The position numbers and the translations under genes are program-made. The notes beneath the pieces are model-generated. The model made no database searches, was not told the origin of the DNA, and worked only from the letters and a program-made list of their open reading frames with translations. From the NCBI GenBank assembly GCA_964016885.1, contig OZ024740.1, positions 52,762,001 to 52,826,000 on the forward strand: 64,000 nt of DNA. Direction: 5' to 3'. This stretch comes from Eledone cirrhosa (lineage: Eukaryota). This document shows positions 53,359-64,000 of this stretch, one piece after another (within the stretch, counting starts at the first letter, position 1; the number at the start of each line of letters is the position of its first letter).

Positions 53359-56062
53359 GAAATTGGAATAAATGCTCTGAAATAGCGATATATATGTGAA
53401 TATAGACATAGAATATTCGAAAATATTCTGTATGTTTATAATAAACATTTTGAAGACCTAATCGCTATAGAATAGAATACGTCACGTATTACAATTAGAT
53501 TCTCGATAAAAGCAAGGGAAGTAATCTACGCGTTTCATTCTTATTAGAAATCTTCAGGACTACATATCCAGTGCTTTTATCGAGAATGACACAGCTAGAG
53601 ACTTATAGAATACTTAGCTGTGTACATGAACTGGTTTGAAAGAGCGGTTGCCGGTCCGGCAGAAATTAGAAATTGGAATAAATGCTCTGAAATAGCGATA
53701 TATATGTGAATATAGACATAGAATATTCGAAAATATTCTGTATGTTTATAATAAACATTTTGAAGACCTAATCGCTATAGAATAGAATACGTCACGTATT
53801 ACAATTAGATTCTCGATAAAAGCAAGGGAAGTAATCTACGCGTTTCATTCTTATTAGAAATCTTCAGGACTACATATCCAGTGCTTTTATCGAGAATGAC
53901 ACAGCTAGAGACTTATAGAATACTTAGCTGTGTACATGAACTGGTTTGAAAGAGCGGTTGCCGGTCCGGCAGAAATTAGAAATTGGAATAAATGCTCTGA
54001 AATAGCGATATATATGTGAATATAGACATAGAATATTCGAAAATATTCTGTATGTTTATAATAAACATTTTGAAGACCTAATCGCTATAGAATAGAATAC
54101 GTCACGTATTACAATTAGATTCTCGATAAAAGCAAGGGAAGTAATCTACGCGTTTCATTCTTATTAGAAATCTTCAGGACTACATATCCAGTGCTTTTAT
54201 CGAGAATGACACAGCTAGAGACTTATAGAATACTTAGCTGTGTACATGAACTGGTTTGAAAGAGCGGTTGCCGGTCCGGCAGAAATTAGAAATTGGAATA
54301 AATGCTCTGAAATAGCGATATATATGTGAATATAGACATAGAATATTCGAAAATATTCTGTATGTTTATAATAAACATTTTGAAGACCTAATCGCTATAG
54401 AATAGAATACGTCACGTATTACAATTAGATTCTCGATAAAAGCAAGGGAAGTAATCTACGCGTTTCATTCTTATTAGAAATCTTCAGGACTACATATCCA
54501 GTGCTTTTATCGAGAATGACACAGCTAGAGACTTATAGAATACTTAGCTGTGTACATGAACTGGTTTGAAAGAGCGGTTGCCGGTCCGGCAGAAATTAGA
54601 AATTGGAATAAATGCTCTGAAATAGCGATATATATGTGAATATAGACATAGAATATTCGAAAATATTCTGTATGTTTATAATAAACATTTTGAAGACCTA
54701 ATCGCTATAGAATAGAATACGTCACGTATTACAATTAGATTCTCGATAAAAGCAAGGGAAGTAATCTACGCGTTTCATTCTTATTAGAAATCTTCAGGAC
54801 TACATATCCAGTGCTTTTATCGAGAATGACACAGCTAGAGACTTATAGAATACTTAGCTGTGTACATGAACTGGTTTGAAAGAGCGGTTGCCGGTCCGGC
54901 AGAAATTAGAAATTGGAATAAATGCTCTGAAATAGCGATATATATGTGAATATAGACATAGAATATTCGAAAATATTCTGTATGTTTATAATAAACATTT
55001 TGAAGACCTAATCGCTATAGAATAGAATACGTCACGTATTACAATTAGATTCTCGATAAAAGCAAGGGAAGTAATCTACGCGTTTCATTCTTATTAGAAA
55101 TCTTCAGGACTACATATCCAGTGCTTTTATCGAGAATGACACAGCTAGAGACTTATAGAATACTTAGCTGTGTACATGAACTGGTTTGAAAGAGCGGTTG
55201 CCGGTCCGGCAGAAATTAGAAATTGGAATAAATGCTCTGAAATAGCGATATATATGTGAATATAGACATAGAATATTCGAAAATATTCTGTATGTTTATA
55301 ATAAACATTTTGAAGACCTAATCGCTATAGAATAGAATACGTCACGTATTACAATTAGATTCTCGATAAAAGCAAGGGAAGTAATCTACGCGTTTCATTC
55401 TTATTAGAAATCTTCAGGACTACATATCCAGTGCTTTTATCGAGAATGACACAGCTAGAGACTTATAGAATACTTAGCTGTGTACATGAACTGGTTTGAA
55501 AGAGCGGTTGCCGGTCCGGCAGAAATTAGAAATTGGAATAAATGCTCTGAAATAGCGATATATATGTGAATATAGACATAGAATATTCGAAAATATTCTG
55601 TATGTTTATAATAAACATTTTGAAGACCTAATCGCTATAGAATAGAATACGTCACGTATTACAATTAGATTCTCGATAAAAGCAAGGGAAGTAATCTACG
55701 CGTTTCATTCTTATTAGAAATCTTCAGGACTACATATCCAGTGCTTTTATCGAGAATGACACAGCTAGAGACTTATAGAATACTTAGCTGTGTACATGAA
55801 CTGGTTTGAAAGAGCGGTTGCCGGTCCGGCAGAAATTAGAAATTGGAATAAATGCTCTGAAATAGCGATATATATGTGAATATAGACATAGAATATTCGA
55901 AAATATTCTGTATGTTTATAATAAACATTTTGAAGACCTAATCGCTATAGAATAGAATACGTCACGTATTACAATTAGATTCTCGATAAAAGCAAGGGAA
56001 GTAATCTACGCGTTTCATTCTTATTAGAAATCTTCAGGACTACATATCCAGTGCTTTTATCG

Positions 56063-56063
<1 letters not shown>
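53359..56063 (-). repeat. Left arm of 310-bp hammerhead (retrozyme-like, family A) tandem array: ~8.7 units, 9 HHRs on minus strand
   Basis: AATTGGAATA recurs at 53361, 53671 ... 55841 (period 310); TCTTCAGGAC (reverse HHR core) at 53551 ... 56031. Confidence 0.95.
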
Positions 56064-59478
<3,415 letters not shown>

Positions 59479-59546
59479 AAAAGAAGATGAAATCGAAAAT
59501 GCAACTGGAGTCTTATTAAAAAAAATATATATATATTTATTTGGTT

Positions 59547-59584
59547 CCTTTACCGGTTTCGCAGTTCTTCTGCTTTTCAAAAGT
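59547..59584 (-). ncRNA. Variant or decayed minimal hammerhead
   Basis: CUU-UUGAAAA-GCAG-aagaa-CUGC-GAAAC-cg-GUA-AAG; stems intact, core departs from CUGANGA. Confidence 0.5.
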
Positions 59585-59623
59585 AGAGTTGAGATGGAGG
59601 GTCTGTGGTTTTTCTCACATCAC

Positions 59624-59700
<77 letters not shown>

Positions 59701-59703
59701 ATA

Positions 59704-60498
59704 TACTAGCATTAAAGCCCGGCGTTGCTCGGGGTCAGTAAGTTACCAAAGTTAGGTTGCACCACCCATTTTATGGCAGCACTTTTTTGTCTGCCAGACA
59801 CTGGGTGAATGAAGCAGGAGCTGCGCCAGCAGTGACAATTGTGTTTTCGCCTATGGATATTATCTCTGTGCAAAGAAGTGTTGAAATTTATTGTTTCACA
59901 GTACTTGCGCAACACGCGCGTAGACGATGCCAGCCGAACAACAGAGCTGCGATGGAGTTGTTCTGCATGGTTGTCTAATGTGTGTTTCCTAAATTTAAGA
60001 CAGTAGGGAGGGGTGTGATATGGGGGAGAGTTAGCTGCTGTTTCTAGCAGGTTTAGTGACCTCATAGAGGATATGTTTTCTAAATTTAAGACAATAGGGA
60101 GTGGTGTGATATGGGGGAGAGTTAGCTGCTATTTCTAGCAGGTTTAGTGACCTCATAGAGGATATTATTGTGTATAGTAAATGAACTGATAATTCTTTCT
60201 TCCACGTTCGTTGATAGATGTTTTAAAAAAGATTTATCGCTATATTTGTTGTTGTTGAATAAATTTATCTGTTGCTTTTGAATAATTGTTGTTTCGTATG
60301 AAATGTAATAAGTTCTCTTTGTCATTGAAGTAAATAAATGTTTGACCGTTCCACACTCAAAAACAACGTTCTCTCTCTCTCCCTCTCACTCTCACTCTCT
60401 CTCTCTCTTAAAGTTTGTAAGTTTAATCGTATATCAGAGAAAGTTGCAGCATGTATGTAGTTTTATCGAATTTTAAGAGGAGTAGATAGGAGTAGATA
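59704..60498 (+). mobile_element. Probable Helentron-associated non-autonomous element (HINE/DINE-like)
   Basis: Starts TACTAGC...GCCCGGCGTTGCTCGGG (subterminal hairpin), ends in TAGAT repeats before TTTT; internal ~88-bp tandem duplication at ~59985-60163. Confidence 0.5.
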
Positions 60499-60518
60499 CT
60501 TTTTCTATTCTATTCTAA

Positions 60519-60977
60519 GGCCGGTAAAATTCCCGAGATCCATGGACGAGTTCTCTCCAGCGGTTTCTGTCCCTCATTATCGCTGCCATGTCCTGTGTCT
60601 CCAACAGACCAGTGTCTGTCCTTAGGGACCTGAAAATCCGCCTCTTCATTGCTGTAGTGGAATCTGTGCTGCTGTACGAGTCTGAGACTTGGACACTGAC
60701 CAAGAAACTCACTCAGATGATGGATGGGTGCTACACGAGAATGCTGAGGATGGCTCTGAACATTAATCAGCATACACTGAGGATGAAAAACTCAGAGTTG
60801 TATGGGAGCCTCCCAAAAGACAGTTCAAAAGTGACACATAGGAGACTGAGGTTAGCTGGACATGCTCACCGACATCCAGAGTTGACATTGCACCCAGTGC
60901 TCCTGTGGGATCCCCTACATGGACACACTGGAAGAGGAAGACAAGGTTAATGTTGATGCCCTAAGGACACACAGACA
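60519..60977 (-). mobile_element. RTE fragment with 5' inversion (3' part 60519-60627 minus; upstream part 60628-60977 plus)
   Basis: Same family as 50997-51295; plus part reads LKIRLFIAVVESVLLYESETWTL...RRLRLAGH. Confidence 0.88.
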
Positions 60978-60992
60978 TATATATGTAATATT

Positions 60993-61049
<57 letters not shown>

Positions 61050-61103
61050 TTTTTTATCCTTATCGAGCCCTCTTCGGATTTTAGTCTTCACATTTATTAT
61101 TAT

Positions 61104-61140
<37 letters not shown>

Positions 61141-61221
61141 GGAAGTGTGGTAACGAACAAGTGGACCCTAACGAGTCCAGAAATACGGCTTGAGCTCTGC
61201 CGTCGGGGTCTTGAACATTTT

Positions 61222-61276
<55 letters not shown>

Positions 61277-61377
61277 TTACGTTAAGTTCGGAGGGTATGT
61301 GCATAAACACTTACTCACCGTACTGTATTATTGCAGTATTGTGTTAGCTCAATGTACGTAGACAGAGCCGTTATATG

Positions 61378-61434
<57 letters not shown>

Positions 61435-61801
61435 TTTAGATGTACATACACATACATATACACACATGTATAGCTTGAGTTAACCAGAAAGGATTAGAAT
61501 TGCCAACTAATAATATATGAATGTCAACATGTTTATGTCATTATAAATAGAAATACAGAAGATATGTAATTTAAGGAAAGAAGTTAGGGTAATATATAAC
61601 ACAGAATATATACAACAAATTGAAAAGATAGAAAAGATTTCTCAAATCATGTATTACCTTACAAGTGTAAGGTATTAAAAGATTTAATGATTTAAGAAAT
61701 GTGTGTGTGTATTTAAACATACATAAAAGAATGTATGTATGTTTACATGTATCCCTCTTCGTGTATACACACACACACACACATATATATATATACATAC
61801 A

Positions 61802-61836
<35 letters not shown>

Positions 61837-61920
61837 CGGGCTATGTGCAAAAGAAAGTATAATGGAATGCTTGACCGGTTTATACATATATACACACATA
61901 TATATATATATATATGTATA

Positions 61921-62053
<133 letters not shown>

Positions 62054-62194
62054 CAAGTAAGTATGTTTTGAAACAATGACCAGGTTTGAAATTAGAAAAT
62101 AGAATAGCTTTCACCGTATTTTTTGACTAAAGAAATTTTAGCTTGATAATGGGGTTTAGAACCCTCAGATAAATGGAAAAAAGTGAGTATTGAC

Positions 62195-62259
<65 letters not shown>

Positions 62260-62308
62260 CGCGAAGAGGGATACATGTAAATATACATACATATTTTTAT
62301 GTATGTTT

Positions 62309-62411
<103 letters not shown>

Positions 62412-62442
62412 CACACACACACGCGCACACACACACACACGC

Positions 62443-62514
<72 letters not shown>

Positions 62515-63364
62515 CTGTATGAATAGCTATGTTTCTTTGCGTGTAAGTATGCAAGCCTATCTGTATATATGTATGTTGTTTATATGTATGTATACCTGTA
62601 TGTATGTGTGTACGTGTGTGTGTATGTGTGTGTATATATGTATGCATGTATGCACGTATGTATGTATGTGTGTATGTGTAAATGCATGCATGTATGCATG
62701 TATGTATGTATATTTGTATGTACGTGTGTATGTATGTATATATGCATGTATGTGTATGTGTGTATTTGTATGTATGTATGTATGTATGTATGTATGTATG
62801 TATGTATGTATGTATGTATGTATGTATGTATGTGTGTGTGTATATGTATGTATATTTCAGATACAAAACTACTCTATGCTTCAGAAGAGATGTAGTCACA
62901 GAATTAGAGAAGCGAAAAATAATTAGATTGATGCACTAATGAATATTAAAAGAAACTCTTCAGCGGGATCTTTTTGTAGAACCCGTGTAAAAGAATAAAA
63001 TATTCATAAATAAGCTGAAACAATTTGCCGAGACTGTATTTGAAGGACATGGAAAATATTGCTGTCAGGAACAAACAGATCCAACTGTGAGAAGCTGGCC
63101 AAACCCAAAAGATAATAGTTCTGATTAATGCTTTTCTAAGCAAAAAAAATTAGTCTCTGAATTTCTGGAGGTTAAAAACAGCAGTGAAGCCAAACTGATT
63201 TGTTCTAAAGAATTTGATTGAAAACATTCGTAAAACAGTACGTTGGGCTATGTGCAAAAGAAAGTATAATGGAGTGCTTCACCAGTTTGTATTAAGGAGT
63301 ATACAAGAAGTATTGCCTTAAGAAATACATTTCTTGAAACAGGAACCAAATCGCAGTAGCGAAA

Positions 63365-63552
63365 TAATTGTTTCTACTTTTAGCACAAGGCCAGCAATTA
63401 CCCAGTACATTACTGGTACTTTATTTTATCGACCCCGTAAGGATGAAAGGCAAAGTTAACCTCGGCGGGATTTGAACTCAGAATGGCAAGGGCAGTAACT
63501 CTATGCGTCAAAGCATGGCGTCCAACTCTCTACCGATACTGCCAATTCACCG
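63365..63552 (-). mobile_element. S1 SINE with 9-bp TSD
   Basis: CGAAATAAT at 63360-63368 and 63551-63559. Confidence 0.92.
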
Positions 63553-64000
63553 AAATAATGATACAAAGGAAGTATTACATTTGCGAATTGAAAGCGAACA
63601 GTTAAGATTAGGAAAAGCAAAGAAGATAAAGAGATTATCGACTGCAAACTTTTTGTCTTTTAATCAATGTTGTTGTAATTATTCAGTTCTACAAAGTTTG
63701 CATCGAGGAGTGTCAACTGTATAAATACTATTACAATTTATTAGAGCATCACACTAATTAATAAACCTGTAGTTATACTTTGTTATTTGGTGACACCATC
63801 TAAACTAAGGATTATAATGATAGTCTACGAATAGAGAATTGTGTGTAATATATATATATATATATCAACCAGCGTCTTGCTATACATAAACGTAACAGAA
63901 GGAAGCCGAGTGCACCCGAGCATAAAGCGAAAGAGACACATAACGGGCTACAGCACAATAACATGCATAAGAACGGTCACCCTGATAGCACAACCCTTAG

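Overview
Repeat-dense, AT-rich animal genomic DNA with no confidently identifiable host protein-coding gene. The SINE family and the extreme (TA)n/(CA)n/(ATGT)n microsatellite load suggest an octopus or other cephalopod (inference). The window holds decayed R4/Dong-type (RLE) LINEs, RTE LINEs, a 5'-truncated Penelope-like element (RT + GIY-YIG) with a hammerhead ribozyme (HHR) in its 3' end, an ORF1-only L1/Tx1-like element, a solo LTR, a hAT MITE, a Helentron-like element and about 18 copies or fragments of a tRNA-derived SINE. The most striking feature is a 5.6-kb array (53359-58924) of apparently identical 310-bp non-coding units, each with an intact type I HHR. It is arranged as two divergent arms carrying 9 + 9 ribozymes, with both RNA 3' ends running into (TA)n. 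A second, ~430-nt circularly permuted HHR element occurs twice (18375-19020 in the same divergent layout, and 39257-39882). Several more intact or decayed HHRs sit in TA-embedded fold-back insertions. Together these point to a Penelope-mobilised retrozyme (circular-RNA-templated) system that integrates into TA microsatellites as head-to-head palindromes. Most ORFs in the supplied track are microsatellite artefacts.
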